DNA of 64,000 nt from Verrucomicrobiaceae bacterium (GTDB taxonomy: Bacteria > Verrucomicrobiota > Verrucomicrobiia > Verrucomicrobiales > Verrucomicrobiaceae): contig JADJPM010000001.1 in NCBI GenBank assembly GCA_016713245.1, positions 1,679,076-1,743,075 of the forward strand. The letters are read 5' to 3'. Below, piece by piece: positions 41,163 to 52,137 of this stretch. Each line of letters begins with the position of its first letter. The stretch's first letter is position 1. A program made the position numbers and the translations under genes. The notes under the pieces are model-generated. The model saw nothing but the letters and a program-made list of their open reading frames with translations, did not search any database and was not told where the DNA came from.

Positions 41163-43286
41163 ATGAAACCCCTCCCCGCATGTCTTGCGCTATCGGTCAT
41201 CCAGACCCTAGCATCGGCTGCATCTCCCTCTGTGATCCCCGCTCCTGTCGCTGAACAACGTCCGCACTCTTTCACCCATCACGGGATCACCCTCGAGGAT
41301 CCCTGGCACTGGCTGCGTGACCCGAAGTATCCCAAGGTCACGGTCAAGGATGTGCTCGGCTATTTGAAGGCGGAGAACCGCTACTTTGAGGCCCACATGG
41401 CCGCTCAGAAGCCACTGGTAGAAAAGCTCTTCGAGGAGATGAAGGGCCGTATCCAGGAAGACGATAGTACCGTGCCGCAAAAAGACGGCGACTGGATTTA
41501 CTGGTCCACCTTCACCAAAGGCTCGCAGTATCGCCAGCACTACCGCAAAGCCGCAGCGGGAGGCGAGGAGATGCGCATTCTCGATCAAAACGAGCTCGCG
41601 AAGGGCAAGGAATACTTTCGTCTCGGCGACCTCGTCATCAGCCCAAATGGCAAGCTCATGGCCTACGCGTATGATGATGACGGCTCGGAGCGCTTCGCGG
41701 TGCATTTTCGTGATCTCACCACGGGCAAAAACCTGCCCGATGTCATCCCAGGCACGCTCTCCAGCCTCGTCTGGACCTCCGATAGCGGCGGACTCGTGTT
41801 TGGTTATGCGAATGACAACTGGCGCACGGACAACATCCACTACCACCGCCTCGGCGATGACGTGAAGAAGGCCAAACGGCTCTACAAAGAACCGGACATC
41901 GGCTTTAGCTGCGATGTTGACCTCAGCGTGCAGGAAGACTGGATCATCCTCGGCACCGGCGATCAGGTGACGAGCGAGGTGCGCCTCATCCCCGCCGCGA
42001 ATCCGCTCGCGGAGCCCATCCTCATCAGCCCGCGCAAGGTGGGCCGCGAATACGATGTCGATGTGCGTGACGGCGTGCTCTACATCCACACGAATGACGA
42101 GCACGTGAACTTCCGCATCGCCACCGCGTCGTTGGACAAGCCCGGTGAATGGAAAACGCTCATCGCAGGCAGCGATCGCCATTACCTGACCGACATCGGC
42201 CTCTTCAAAGATTTCTTCGTCACCGAAGGCCGCATCGACGGCCTCGACCAGATCGAGATCCGCCGCTACGACGCTCCTTTGAAGCCGGAGCCGATCGTTT
42301 TCCCCGAACCGAGCTACGCAGCCCAACTCGGTGCCAATCCCGACTACGCCATGTCAAAGCTGCGCATCGACTACGAATCGATGGTCACGCCTTCGACCGA
42401 CTACGACTACCACGTCGCCGAGAAGCGGCTGGAGACGCTCAAAGTGCAGCAGATCCCCAGCGGCTACGACGCCAGCCAGTATCAAACCGAGCGCATCATG
42501 ATCACCGCCCGTGATGGCGTGCAGGTGCCCGTTTCCATTCTCACGAAGAAAGGCTTCAAAAAGGACGGTAGCCAGCCGCTGCATCTCTACGCCTACGGAG
42601 CCTACGGCATGGCCACGCCGCCGGATTTTTATGCGAACCGCCTCTCGCTCGTCGATCGCGGTTTCGCCTATGCCATCGCCCACATCCGCGGCGGTGATGA
42701 CATGGGCTACCAGTGGTATCTCGATGGCAAGCTGCAAAAGCGCACGAACACCTTCAACGACTTCGTCGATGCCGCCCGCGGCCTCATTGAACGCGGCTAC
42801 ACCGCGAAAGGCCGCATCACCGCCAGCGGCGGCAGCGCCGGTGGCGAGCTCATGGGCGCAGTCGCGAACCAAGCGCCAGAGCTTTTTGGTGCCATCGTCG
42901 CCCACGTCGCCTTCGTCGATGTGCTGAACACGATGCTCGATGAAGAACTGCCGCTCACCCCCGGCGAATGGCCCGAGTGGGGCAATCCCATCACCGACAA
43001 AGCCGCGTTCGAGTTTATCCGCAGCTACAGCCCGTATGACAACGTGACTGCCAAAGCCTATCCGCCGATGCTTTTCACCGCCGGTTTGAACGACCCACGC
43101 GTCACCTACTGGGAACCCGCCAAAATGGTCGCCAAGCTGCGTGCGATGAAGACGGACAAAAATCTGCTCCTCCTCAAAACCAACATGGGCGCCGGCCACG
43201 GCGGCAAATCCGGCCGCTACGAGCACCTGCACGAGGTCGCTGAAGAAATGGCCTTCATCCTCTGGCAGATGGGCGTGGAGAAGTGA
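41163..43286 (+). CDS. ptrB: S9 family peptidase, oligopeptidase B (protease II)
   Basis: DPWHWLRD, YAYGAYG, AHIRGG, GGSAGG, EWPEWGNP, NDPRVTYWEPAK, GHGG. Confidence 0.9.
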   Translation: MKPLPACLALSVIQTLASAASPSVIPAPVAEQRPHSFTHHGITLEDPWHWLRDPKYPKVTVKDVLGYLKAENRYFEAHMAAQKPLVEKLFEEMKGRIQEDDSTVPQKDGDWIYWSTFTKGSQYRQHYRKAAAGGEEMRILDQNELAKGKEYFRLGDLVISPNGKLMAYAYDDDGSERFAVHFRDLTTGKNLPDVIPGTLSSLVWTSDSGGLVFGYANDNWRTDNIHYHRLGDDVKKAKRLYKEPDIGFSCDVDLSVQEDWIILGTGDQVTSEVRLIPAANPLAEPILISPRKVGREYDVDVRDGVLYIHTNDEHVNFRIATASLDKPGEWKTLIAGSDRHYLTDIGLFKDFFVTEGRIDGLDQIEIRRYDAPLKPEPIVFPEPSYAAQLGANPDYAMSKLRIDYESMVTPSTDYDYHVAEKRLETLKVQQIPSGYDASQYQTERIMITARDGVQVPVSILTKKGFKKDGSQPLHLYAYGAYGMATPPDFYANRLSLVDRGFAYAIAHIRGGDDMGYQWYLDGKLQKRTNTFNDFVDAARGLIERGYTAKGRITASGGSAGGELMGAVANQAPELFGAIVAHVAFVDVLNTMLDEELPLTPGEWPEWGNPITDKAAFEFIRSYSPYDNVTAKAYPPMLFTAGLNDPRVTYWEPAKMVAKLRAMKTDKNLLLLKTNMGAGHGGKSGRYEHLHEVAEEMAFILWQMGVEK

Positions 43287-43299
43287 GGCGGTGCATATT

Positions 43300-44460
43300 T
43301 CATGAGGCGACCAACTGCCCCTGCCACAGCATTTTCACAAAGCTCTGCCAGGGCAGGATTTCGATCTTGTCCTCCGTGATGCGGGCACGGGGAGCACGCG
43401 AGACGAGCAGGCAGCGACTATGCGGGTGCTCCTCCCTCCAGGCACGCAGGCCTTTGAGATGATCGCTGGTGATATTGTCGCTGGACTTTGCCTCGATGGC
43501 GATCTGGCCGTCGCCGAGGATGAAATCGACCTCCAGACCGGAGGCGGTGCGCCAGTAGGAAATGGGCAGCCCCCCCCGATAGCTGGTATGCGCACGCAGC
43601 TCCATGAAGAGGAAGTGCTCAAAGGCCGCGCCATATTCCGAAGAGCCCGGATGGAGTTTTCCACGATGGGAGAGATCATTTACGACGCCGACATCGAAGA
43701 AATAGAATCGAGGAGACTCGATGACACGTCGCTTTGCCCGCTTGGTCCAGGCTGGCACCCAGGTGGCGATGAGCGTGTCCACCAGCACCTCAAAGTAGCC
43801 GCGCACCGTGTTTGCAGCCACGCCGATCTCCCGGCTGATGCTGGTGAAGTTCACGATCTGCCCATTGCTGAATGCGGCTGCCTCAAGGAAGCGCTGAAAT
43901 GCCGGCAAACTGCGCGTCAGTGCCTCGGCGAGCACTTCCTCACGGAGATAGTCTCCCACATACGCATCTAGCAATGGGGCGGGCTTCGCAGATAGGTAGT
44001 GTCGTGGCAGCAGACCGTGGTTCAAAGCGCGGTCGAGATCGATATCCGGCACCTCGGCGCTGACTAAAGGGAACATCTCATGCCGCACCGCCCTTCCACC
44101 GAGGAGGTTTCCTCCGCCGCGCAGCAGTTTCCGCGGACTGGAGCCTGTGAGGATGAAACGCAGGCCGAGTCTGCTGATGAGAGCATGCACTTCATCGAGC
44201 AGCTCCGGTAGCTTTTGCACCTCATCGATGATGATGGGCTGTAGCTGGCTTTTCCTGCTCCAGCCCAGCGCCGCACATTCTTCCGCCAGCAGGCCAGGAT
44301 TGGCCGCCAGCCTGCGGTACTCCTTTGCCAGCAGCAGGTCGTAGTAGGGGGCCTCCGGGAAAAGCTCTCGTAGAAGGGTGCTTTTCCCTGACTGGCGCGG
44401 TCCCCACAAAAAGCAGGTTTCCTGGTCGAGGTGCTCTGGAGAAAGGATTCGCTGGAACAT
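43300..44460 (-). CDS. AAA ATPase with DUF4143-type C-terminal domain
   Basis: LWGPRQSGKST, IIIDEVQK, LTGSS, FYFFDVG, YWRT..EVDFI, IEAK. Confidence 0.85.
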   Translation of the reverse strand: MFQRILSPEHLDQETCFLWGPRQSGKSTLLRELFPEAPYYDLLLAKEYRRLAANPGLLAEECAALGWSRKSQLQPIIIDEVQKLPELLDEVHALISRLGLRFILTGSSPRKLLRGGGNLLGGRAVRHEMFPLVSAEVPDIDLDRALNHGLLPRHYLSAKPAPLLDAYVGDYLREEVLAEALTRSLPAFQRFLEAAAFSNGQIVNFTSISREIGVAANTVRGYFEVLVDTLIATWVPAWTKRAKRRVIESPRFYFFDVGVVNDLSHRGKLHPGSSEYGAAFEHFLFMELRAHTSYRGGLPISYWRTASGLEVDFILGDGQIAIEAKSSDNITSDHLKGLRAWREEHPHSRCLLVSRAPRARITEDKIEILPWQSFVKMLWQGQLVAS

Positions 44461-44585
44461 GACAATGTGCAGGGCTGCTGCGAATATACATGATAATGTG
44501 CAGTTGAATTGCGCATTGTCACCCGCGATTTTGAACTCACATGCACTCCAGTGCGTAGAGAGGCGCGGCCTCAAACCTCGTCCGC

Positions 44586-44789
44586 CTAGGGATCGAAAGG
44601 CTTGTTGAACTTCGGTCCGCGCTCGCCGCCGTAAGTCTCGCGAAGGTATTCATCGCCCTCACTTTTCGTCCGCCGGATGTTCTTCGGCGCCACGAGATTC
44701 CCCATACGGCGCCGCTGCGCGCGGCCCGCCTGCCATTGTTCCCAGGTCCAACGACGGTCGGGTCTGATGGGTAGTTTCGAAGGAGTCAT
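44586..44789 (-). CDS. Small hypothetical protein
   Basis: 67-aa ORF filling an intergenic gap. Confidence 0.4.
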   Translation of the reverse strand: MTPSKLPIRPDRRWTWEQWQAGRAQRRRMGNLVAPKNIRRTKSEGDEYLRETYGGERGPKFNKPFDP

Positions 44790-44893
44790 ACCGCGAGAAT
44801 ACCCTCAATCCGGCCTCTTCGGCAAGAGAGACGACGCGGAGCACAATTCCGGCATGAAAGATGCCCCGCTTTGTGCGTAGTCCTCAGCCCCCC

Positions 44894-47881
44894 ATGCGTC
44901 GTTTCGCCGTCTTTTTTGTCCCTTCGGTCCTTTTTGTCCTTCCAGCCCGCTCCGCCGACTGGAAGGCCGTCGAGCCCATGCTCGCCGCGAAGTGCTACGA
45001 GTGCCACAACGCCGACAAAATGAAGGGCGATGTCGATTTGAAGCAGTTCGCGGCCGATCCGAAGCTCGCGGCGGAATTTGAAATCTGGACCAAAGTCAAA
45101 GACACCATCGACAACGGCGACATGCCGCCGCGGAAGGCCAAACAGCTCACCTCCGAAGAAAAAGCTGGCATCACCGGCTGGGTGCAGCACAGCCTCGATG
45201 TGCTCGCCGAGGCCAAATCCGGCGATCCGGGCCCGGTGACGATGCGTCGGCTCACGAACGCGGAATACGATTACACCATCCGCGACCTCACCGGCCGCGA
45301 TTACGCCCTCGCGAAGGAATTCCAGACCGACGGCGGCGGCGGCGAAGGGTTCACCAATACCGGCGACGTGCTTTTCATGAGCCCGGCGGCCATCGACAAG
45401 TATTTCGCCGCGGCGCGGAAGCTCTCCGAGCATGCCACCATCATGCCGGGCACGGGCATCGTGTTTCATCCGCAGCGCATCGGCCTGCGCGGACCGGAGC
45501 AGGTCAAGGCGCAAGCGCAGCAGGGTCTTTACGTGTGGTATCAGCAGAAAGCCGCGCCTCATCTGCCGAAGGACTTCGATCCGATGCGCGAGGGCGATTA
45601 CATGCTCGCGTGCTGGAAGCACAAGACGCTCAAAACGCCGCTCGACCAGCTCGCGAAGGACATGAAGCTCAGCATTCACTTCCTCAGCAACTGGTGGAAC
45701 CTCGTGAACAGCGTGGAGCCGAAAAGCCGCTACCTCGACCTCGTGCGCGTGCCGTGGCGTGATCTGCCCGCCGATGAAAAATCCGCACAGGAGCGCATCA
45801 AGGCCATCGAGGCCGATCTGCTGAGCTGGAACAACCCGAAAAAACCCGGCAGCGGCGTGCAGCGCCAGCAGCAGGACAGCGACGGCATTCGTCCCTATGC
45901 GATGCAAAAACCTGTCGGCGGCAAAAAGCACATCCACCTCTGCTTTGGCGACACCGGCGATGGCAACAAGGGCGACATCGCGCTCGTGACCTACATCGAG
46001 GTCAGCGTTGGCAAACAGAAGCTCAATTACCTCCACTGGCTCGACAAAACGCTCGCGGAAAAACGCAAACAAACACCGCCTCCGCCGAACCTCGCCGAAT
46101 TGGAAAAGGCGCGTGCGCTTTATGGCAGGCATCCGCAGCCGGGGCGCAGCATCGAGCCGCAGGTGCTCGCCTTTGCTGCGCCGCAGGTCGTCACGCTGCC
46201 GCTGCCGGAGGGTGCGCACTGGTTGAAGGTGGACACGCGGCTCGACATGAAAAACCCCGAGGTCGATGAGGCCAGCATGCAGTGGACAATGACCACCGAG
46301 ACGCCGCGTGACGTCACCAAGATCATCCCCGGCGTGCTCACCATCTGGAAACGCAGCACGAAGAAGTCCGGCGAGACGATGAATGACTTCAACAAGATGA
46401 AGGCCGCCTTCCCAGACATGTTTGAGCGACGGCTGGAGGAGGTCGCGAACAATCTCTACCGCGGCGGCAAACCGAACATCACCGTCTATTACTTCAGCGA
46501 TGATCAACTCGGCCAGATCCTCGGTCAGCAGGACAAGGACACGCTGGCCGCGATGAAGAAAGACTGGGGCTACAACGCCACGCCGAACCTCAACAAGCAA
46601 CAGCAGCAGGAATACGACGGCGCGTTGCTCTGGCACCTGCAGCAGTTCACCCGCAAAGCCTGGCGCAGGCCCATCACCGACGAAGAGAAAAAGAAACTCG
46701 ATGCACTCTACTTCGCCAGCCGCGCGAAGGAGCTCGACCGCGAGTCCGCCGCGCGTGAGGTGCTCGTGCGCGTGCTCGTCTCGCCGAATTTCCTTTTCAA
46801 AGCCGAAACGCTGCCGCCCATCGCCGACGCGAAGACCACGGAGGTGCCGCTCAATACACACGAACTCGCCTCACGCCTCAGCTACTTCCTCTGGGCCTCC
46901 TTGCCCGACTGGCAGCTCCGCAAAGCCGCTGATGACGGCAGCTTGCTAAAGCCCGAAGTGCTCGCCGCGCACACGCAGCGCATGCTGCGCGATCCGAAAG
47001 CCTCCGCGCTCGCCAAAGAGTTCGCCGGCCAGTGGTTGAAGTTCAACGGCTTCGATGCGCACAACAGCGTGGACGAGAAAAAGTATCCGCAGTTCACCGC
47101 CGAGCTCCGCGCCGACATGCACCGCGAGGTCGTCGAGTTCTTCACCCATCTCGTGCGCGATGACCGCAACGTCTCCGACATCATCAGCGGCGACTACACC
47201 TTCATGAATGAGCGTCTCGGCTGGCACTACGGCGTGCCAGGCATCGTCGGGAACGACTTCCGCGAGGTCAAAGTCGGCCAGCATCATCGCGGCGGCCTTC
47301 TCGGCATGGGCGCGATCTTGACCAAGACCTCCCGTCCACACCGCACCAGCCCCGTCGTGCGTGGCGACTATCTGTATCAAGTCGTCCTCGGCTTCAGCAG
47401 CCCACCACCGCCGCCAAACGTTCCCGAGCTCAAAGAAACCAGCAAGCCGTCCTCCTTGCGCGAGGCCCTCATGCAGCACCGCACCGACTCCGCCTGCGCC
47501 GTCTGCCACGAGCGCATCGACCCGCTCGGCTTCGCCTTGGAGAGCTACGACCCCATCGGCCGCTTCCGTCCCACCGATGAAGCCGGCGGCAAAATCGACG
47601 ACACCGGCGAAATGATGGACGGCACCAAGTTCACCGGCCTCGCCGGCCTGCGCGACTACCTCAAAAAGAACGAGCCGCAGTTCCTCACCCAATTCACCCG
47701 CAAACTCCTCGGTTACGCCCTCGGTCGCCAAACCCTCCCCAGCGACAAAAAACTCCTCCAGCAGATGCAGGCCTCATTGAAGGCTCAAAACGGCCATTTC
47801 TCCGCCGCGGTGCTCGAGATCGTGAAGAGCCGCCAGTTCCTCAATCGCCGCGCGGAGCCGCAGGTGGCGGGGAATCCGTGA
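44894..47881 (+). CDS. Secreted DUF1592/DUF1588/DUF1585-type protein with cytochrome c motifs
   Basis: CYECH; MRRLTNAEY; ELASRLSYFLW; FAGQWL; TSPVVRG; CAVCHERIDPLGFALE; KLLGYALGR. Confidence 0.85.
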   Translation: MRRFAVFFVPSVLFVLPARSADWKAVEPMLAAKCYECHNADKMKGDVDLKQFAADPKLAAEFEIWTKVKDTIDNGDMPPRKAKQLTSEEKAGITGWVQHSLDVLAEAKSGDPGPVTMRRLTNAEYDYTIRDLTGRDYALAKEFQTDGGGGEGFTNTGDVLFMSPAAIDKYFAAARKLSEHATIMPGTGIVFHPQRIGLRGPEQVKAQAQQGLYVWYQQKAAPHLPKDFDPMREGDYMLACWKHKTLKTPLDQLAKDMKLSIHFLSNWWNLVNSVEPKSRYLDLVRVPWRDLPADEKSAQERIKAIEADLLSWNNPKKPGSGVQRQQQDSDGIRPYAMQKPVGGKKHIHLCFGDTGDGNKGDIALVTYIEVSVGKQKLNYLHWLDKTLAEKRKQTPPPPNLAELEKARALYGRHPQPGRSIEPQVLAFAAPQVVTLPLPEGAHWLKVDTRLDMKNPEVDEASMQWTMTTETPRDVTKIIPGVLTIWKRSTKKSGETMNDFNKMKAAFPDMFERRLEEVANNLYRGGKPNITVYYFSDDQLGQILGQQDKDTLAAMKKDWGYNATPNLNKQQQQEYDGALLWHLQQFTRKAWRRPITDEEKKKLDALYFASRAKELDRESAAREVLVRVLVSPNFLFKAETLPPIADAKTTEVPLNTHELASRLSYFLWASLPDWQLRKAADDGSLLKPEVLAAHTQRMLRDPKASALAKEFAGQWLKFNGFDAHNSVDEKKYPQFTAELRADMHREVVEFFTHLVRDDRNVSDIISGDYTFMNERLGWHYGVPGIVGNDFREVKVGQHHRGGLLGMGAILTKTSRPHRTSPVVRGDYLYQVVLGFSSPPPPPNVPELKETSKPSSLREALMQHRTDSACAVCHERIDPLGFALESYDPIGRFRPTDEAGGKIDDTGEMMDGTKFTGLAGLRDYLKKNEPQFLTQFTRKLLGYALGRQTLPSDKKLLQQMQASLKAQNGHFSAAVLEIVKSRQFLNRRAEPQVAGNP

Positions 47882-47895
47882 GTTCAGTCAAAAAG

Positions 47896-47969
47896 CGCAC
47901 CTGGCAGGGATCGAACCTGCGACCGACGGATTAGAAATCCGCTGCTCTAGTCCACTGAGCTACAGGTGC
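47896..47969 (-). tRNA. tRNA-Arg (anticodon UCU), CCA not encoded
   Basis: GCACCTG acceptor stem, D-arm GCTCAGTGGACTAGAGC, anticodon arm GCGGA-TTTCTAA-TCCGT, T-loop GGTTCGATCC. Confidence 0.93.
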
Positions 47970-48084
47970 ATGACGGAGTCGCGTCGCATGATGCACGGCT
48001 TTGCGGCGACGGCAACTCATCGCGAAGTTGATGAACTTCCTGCCGGACGGGCGTTAAGGTGGGCCGCAGCATCCCGACCCTCTG

Positions 48085-50097
48085 ATGAAAGCCACTCCGC
48101 TCCTTCTCGCCGCCCTTTTCGCCTCCATCGCCCATGCGGAGGATATCCGCCAACTGCCGCCGAAGGACCTGAATGGCTATTTCCCCTTCAATCCGCCTTC
48201 ATCGCTGAGTGAGTGGGATGAGCGCAAAGACTATGTGCGGCGCCAGATCCTCGTCGCGGAGGGTTTGTGGCCGATGCCAACAAAGACGCCGCTCAATCCC
48301 GTGATCCATGGCAAGGTCGAAGGTGATGGCTTCACGGTCGAAAAAGTCTATTTCGAGTCTGCTCCCGGGTTTTACGTCACCGGCAGCCTGTGGAAGCCGA
48401 AAGTGATCCAAGGCAAGGTCCCCGCAGTGATGTTCGCTCATGGCCATTGGCAGGATGCGCGGCTGTCGCTCACGGAGCCGCAAAAGGTGCGTGAGGAGAT
48501 CGCGATTGGTGCGGAGCGATTTGAAAAAGGCGGGAAGAGCATCTTCCAGGCGCTCTGCGTGCAGCTCGCCCGCATGGGCTGCATCGTGTGGCAGTGGGAC
48601 ATGCTGAGCGACTCCGATTCGGTGCAAATCCCGCGCGAGGTGGTGCACCGTTTCGACAAACAGCGGCCGGAAATGAACACGACGGAGAATTGGGGCCTCT
48701 TCAGTGCTCAGGCGGAGTCGAACCTGCAATCCATCATGGGCCTGCAAACGCTCAATGCCGTGCGCGGCCTCGATTTCCTGCTCTCGCTGCCAGAGGTCGA
48801 TCCAAAACGCACCGCCATCACCGGCGCCAGCGGCGGCGGCACGCAGACGATGCTCCTCGCGGCCATCGACGACCGCATCCAGCTCTCGTTTCCCTGCGTG
48901 ATGGTCAGCACGTCCATGCAGGGCGGCTGCACCTGCGAAAACGCCAGCCTGCTGCGCATCGGCACCGGCAATGTCGAGTTCGCCGGCCTCTTCGCGCCGA
49001 AGCCGCAGGGCATGAACAGCGCCGACGACTGGACCAAGGAGATGGCCACCAAGGGCTTTCCCGATCTGCAAAAGCTCTACGGCACCTTCGGCAAGAAGGA
49101 CAACGTCTTCCTCCTGCGCGGCGAGCACTTCAAACACAACTACAACGCCGTCACCCGCAGCGCCTTCTACACCTTCGTGAACAAGCACTTCAAACTCGGC
49201 CAGCCCTCGCCCGTCATCGAGCAGGACTACGAACCGCTCACCGCCGAGCAGCTCACCGTTTGGGACGACAAACATCCCGCGCCGAAAGCGGGCGATCCCG
49301 AGTTTGAGCGCACGCTGCTGAAGTGGTTCACCGAGGACACGAAGAAGCAGCTCGAAAGCGCCGATGCCGAAAAAGTGCTGCGCCCGGCCATCGAGGTTGT
49401 CATCGGCCGCACCTACGACCAAGCGGGCAGCGTCGAGTGGGAGCTGAAGGACAAGCAGGACCGTGGAGAGCACCTCGAAATGACCGGCACGCTGAAAAAC
49501 ACGACACACGGCGAGGAAATCAACGTCGCGTGGCTCTACCCGAAGAACTGGAACGGCCGCGTCGTGATCTGGCTCGACGACAACGGCAAGTCCGGCCTGC
49601 AAAACGACGACGTGAAAAAACTCGTCGCCGCTGGCAGCGCCGTTGTGGGTGCCGATCTGCTCTTCCAAGGCGAGAAGGAGACTCGTGTGGTCAAAAACCC
49701 ACGCGAATTCGCCGGTTACACCCACGGCTACAATCACGCCCTCTTTGCCCAGCGTGTGCATGACGTGCTCTCGCTCGTCTCCTTCCTGCGAAATACGAAA
49801 GTTGGCTCGCATCCGAATCCGAAGACCGTGTGCCTCGCCGCCTTCGGCCCTCAAACTGGCCCCATCGCCACGGCGGCACTCGCTTTGCTGCCCGGAGCCA
49901 TCGACCGCGCCGCCATCGACACGCACGGCTTCCGCTTTGGTAAGGTCCTCAGCTACCGCGATCCCATGTTCCTGCCCGGCGGCTCGAAGTACCTCGATTT
50001 GCCCGGCTTCCTGAAACTGGCGGGACCATGTGCTCTGTGGCTGAAAGGTGAGGGCAAGAAGCTTCCGGTAACGGCGCAGGCTTTTCTGTTGGATTAA
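48085..50097 (+). CDS. Secreted acetylxylan esterase-like alpha/beta hydrolase
   Basis: Signal peptide; VEKVYFES, HGHW, ITGASGGGTQT, GGCTCE. Confidence 0.8.
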   Translation: MKATPLLLAALFASIAHAEDIRQLPPKDLNGYFPFNPPSSLSEWDERKDYVRRQILVAEGLWPMPTKTPLNPVIHGKVEGDGFTVEKVYFESAPGFYVTGSLWKPKVIQGKVPAVMFAHGHWQDARLSLTEPQKVREEIAIGAERFEKGGKSIFQALCVQLARMGCIVWQWDMLSDSDSVQIPREVVHRFDKQRPEMNTTENWGLFSAQAESNLQSIMGLQTLNAVRGLDFLLSLPEVDPKRTAITGASGGGTQTMLLAAIDDRIQLSFPCVMVSTSMQGGCTCENASLLRIGTGNVEFAGLFAPKPQGMNSADDWTKEMATKGFPDLQKLYGTFGKKDNVFLLRGEHFKHNYNAVTRSAFYTFVNKHFKLGQPSPVIEQDYEPLTAEQLTVWDDKHPAPKAGDPEFERTLLKWFTEDTKKQLESADAEKVLRPAIEVVIGRTYDQAGSVEWELKDKQDRGEHLEMTGTLKNTTHGEEINVAWLYPKNWNGRVVIWLDDNGKSGLQNDDVKKLVAAGSAVVGADLLFQGEKETRVVKNPREFAGYTHGYNHALFAQRVHDVLSLVSFLRNTKVGSHPNPKTVCLAAFGPQTGPIATAALALLPGAIDRAAIDTHGFRFGKVLSYRDPMFLPGGSKYLDLPGFLKLAGPCALWLKGEGKKLPVTAQAFLLD

Positions 50098-50210
50098 CGG
50101 AGGCAATGACCGGTGCAGATTCAGCCCAAAGAGCATTCATCATACGATTTGGGAAACACACGAGTCCATTCTTGATTCGAGATGCTCGGCTGGGTTAGAC
50201 TTTGAGTTCT

Positions 50211-52124
50211 ATGCCGCTTCTCCCGAACGAGTTTGATCCAGGTATTTTGTATTGTGGCGTTACGTTGCTTGCTTTGCTCGCTCTTTGCTGGCTCGCGGGC
50301 ATCGGTCTCATGCCTGCGGCGCTGGCTTCGGAAGATGCCTTGGAAAGGTTCGCACTACGCTGCGCTAGCGGAATGCTGTTTTTATCGGGTGTGGCTGCTT
50401 TGTTCGTTTTGCAGCGTGCTTCATACGTTGCGCTGATTCCTGCCTCACAGGTGCTGATGGCTCTGTGGGCACGGAAACGTGAGAAACCTATGCAAGGGAC
50501 ACCGCGAGAAGTTTGGTCTGCAAAAGGGCGGTGGCTGATTCTTGCGGTGATTCTCGGTGGAGCGGCATTCGAATGGTGGAACACGGGATGGGTGGGCTGG
50601 GATGGTCGATTGAGCGTCCTGCACATGGATTTTGGCTTTTTCTCGAACCAAGCACGCGGCATGTTGGAATCCCGTATGGCAGATGGCTGGAGTTCAACCA
50701 TGGCTCAGCACGCTGCCGAAGTGCCGTCCAGCCGAGACGTGTGGTATCACTGGGGGCCGATGTGGATTGCTGGGACGGTGACATCACTCACTGGGATGAT
50801 GCCATTGGCTTCGCTCATGCATGTCACGGGTGCGCTCCTGGATATCATCTTGGTTTTTTGTGCTGGTGCCATTGTGCGTCGTATCAGCGGTCTCAGCCAC
50901 GGTCCTGCGCTACTTCTCGGTGCGGCCTCAATGATCAGTGTGCCGCTTTCGCGGAGCTTGGGGCAGCAGTGGTTCGGACTCACTGCCGCTACTGAGACGC
51001 TGCATCTGATGCGCATGAGCCTTGCCTACGTGTTTAGCTATAAGCTGGAGGCGGTGGCAGTTTTCGCGGCCGTGCTTCTGTGGTTACGAGCGGAGCGAGG
51101 CTTTGCCCTTGGGCTGCTGGGTTGCGCAGCCATCGCCTCGCCTCATGTGCTGGCGGTCGGGGGTGTGACGGCGGGCGTTTTGACTTTTGTTGGGCTGCTG
51201 CGCCGGGAAGGCGCTATGGTGAGGACAGGATCGGTGATCATTGGTGCGCTGCTCATCGTGTGGGGTGTGCTGCACTTCGGATGTGGCTCTTCTTTGCCCA
51301 GAGCGGAGGGCCAGGCCCTCATCCAGTTGAATGCCAGCCACCTCTTCAACAGCGTGCGGATGGGACTGCGTGACAGCGCAGTGGCGCTGGTGATCGGAGT
51401 ATTGTCTCTTCCAGGCATTCTTCTGCTGATCCGCGCAGCCGAGGAAATGAAAAGGCTGCTCGGCTGGTTGGCTTTGAGCTCTCTTTTCGGGTCGTTCTTG
51501 GGCTACCGGTTGGTCACGGAAATGGCGGATAACCAACTGCACTTCATCGTCATGGCCCATGCACTGCTGATCATGCCAGCGGGTGTCTGGGGGCTCGCGA
51601 TGATTGTCTCCCGGAAAGAGACAAAAGCCTGGCAGAGAGCGTGCGCCATTTTCCTCATCCTTCTTGGCTCAGGCATGGGCGTGGCGGACCTAATCCAGCA
51701 CCGCAGTGCTTATCAGCGCCCCTGGACGATCGATGAGCTTGCCCCCATCAAGAAGGCCCTCGCAGGACGTGCTTTTGGATACTACTCACGGAGAGATAGC
51801 GGCTGGTGGATGCCCATTCACGGTCCTCTGGCGGCCATGCTGGACGCACGCTGTGCCCGCATCGCGCCCATGAAGTCAGAGCTGCCTGGAGGTTGGGAGG
51901 CTGCAGGCACGCAGAAAGGAGTTCGCCCATTCGAGTTGGTGCCGCCGGTGGCGAATGAAACGTTGGAGGATTGGTCACTGCGCTATGCAGAGCGTATCGG
52001 AGTCACCTGCCTGGCCGAGTGTGCTGGAGATCGTCTGCCAACAGGCGTGATGCCTCGTGTGCGTGAAGTGGCGCGGGTGCCGGGTTTTGTGCTTTATGAA
52101 ATTTTGCCCAAAGCACCTCTGTAA
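50211..52124 (+). CDS. Polytopic membrane protein of unknown function
   Basis: Many TM segments; T/G-rich codon usage unlike neighbours. Confidence 0.65.
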   Translation: MPLLPNEFDPGILYCGVTLLALLALCWLAGIGLMPAALASEDALERFALRCASGMLFLSGVAALFVLQRASYVALIPASQVLMALWARKREKPMQGTPREVWSAKGRWLILAVILGGAAFEWWNTGWVGWDGRLSVLHMDFGFFSNQARGMLESRMADGWSSTMAQHAAEVPSSRDVWYHWGPMWIAGTVTSLTGMMPLASLMHVTGALLDIILVFCAGAIVRRISGLSHGPALLLGAASMISVPLSRSLGQQWFGLTAATETLHLMRMSLAYVFSYKLEAVAVFAAVLLWLRAERGFALGLLGCAAIASPHVLAVGGVTAGVLTFVGLLRREGAMVRTGSVIIGALLIVWGVLHFGCGSSLPRAEGQALIQLNASHLFNSVRMGLRDSAVALVIGVLSLPGILLLIRAAEEMKRLLGWLALSSLFGSFLGYRLVTEMADNQLHFIVMAHALLIMPAGVWGLAMIVSRKETKAWQRACAIFLILLGSGMGVADLIQHRSAYQRPWTIDELAPIKKALAGRAFGYYSRRDSGWWMPIHGPLAAMLDARCARIAPMKSELPGGWEAAGTQKGVRPFELVPPVANETLEDWSLRYAERIGVTCLAECAGDRLPTGVMPRVREVARVPGFVLYEILPKAPL

Positions 52125-52137
52125 GCATCACAAACCC

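Noticed and set aside
44588-44597. AGGGATCGAA matching the tRNA-Arg T-arm as a possible att site
   Set aside because: Only 10 bp; expected by chance and does not include the tRNA 3' end.
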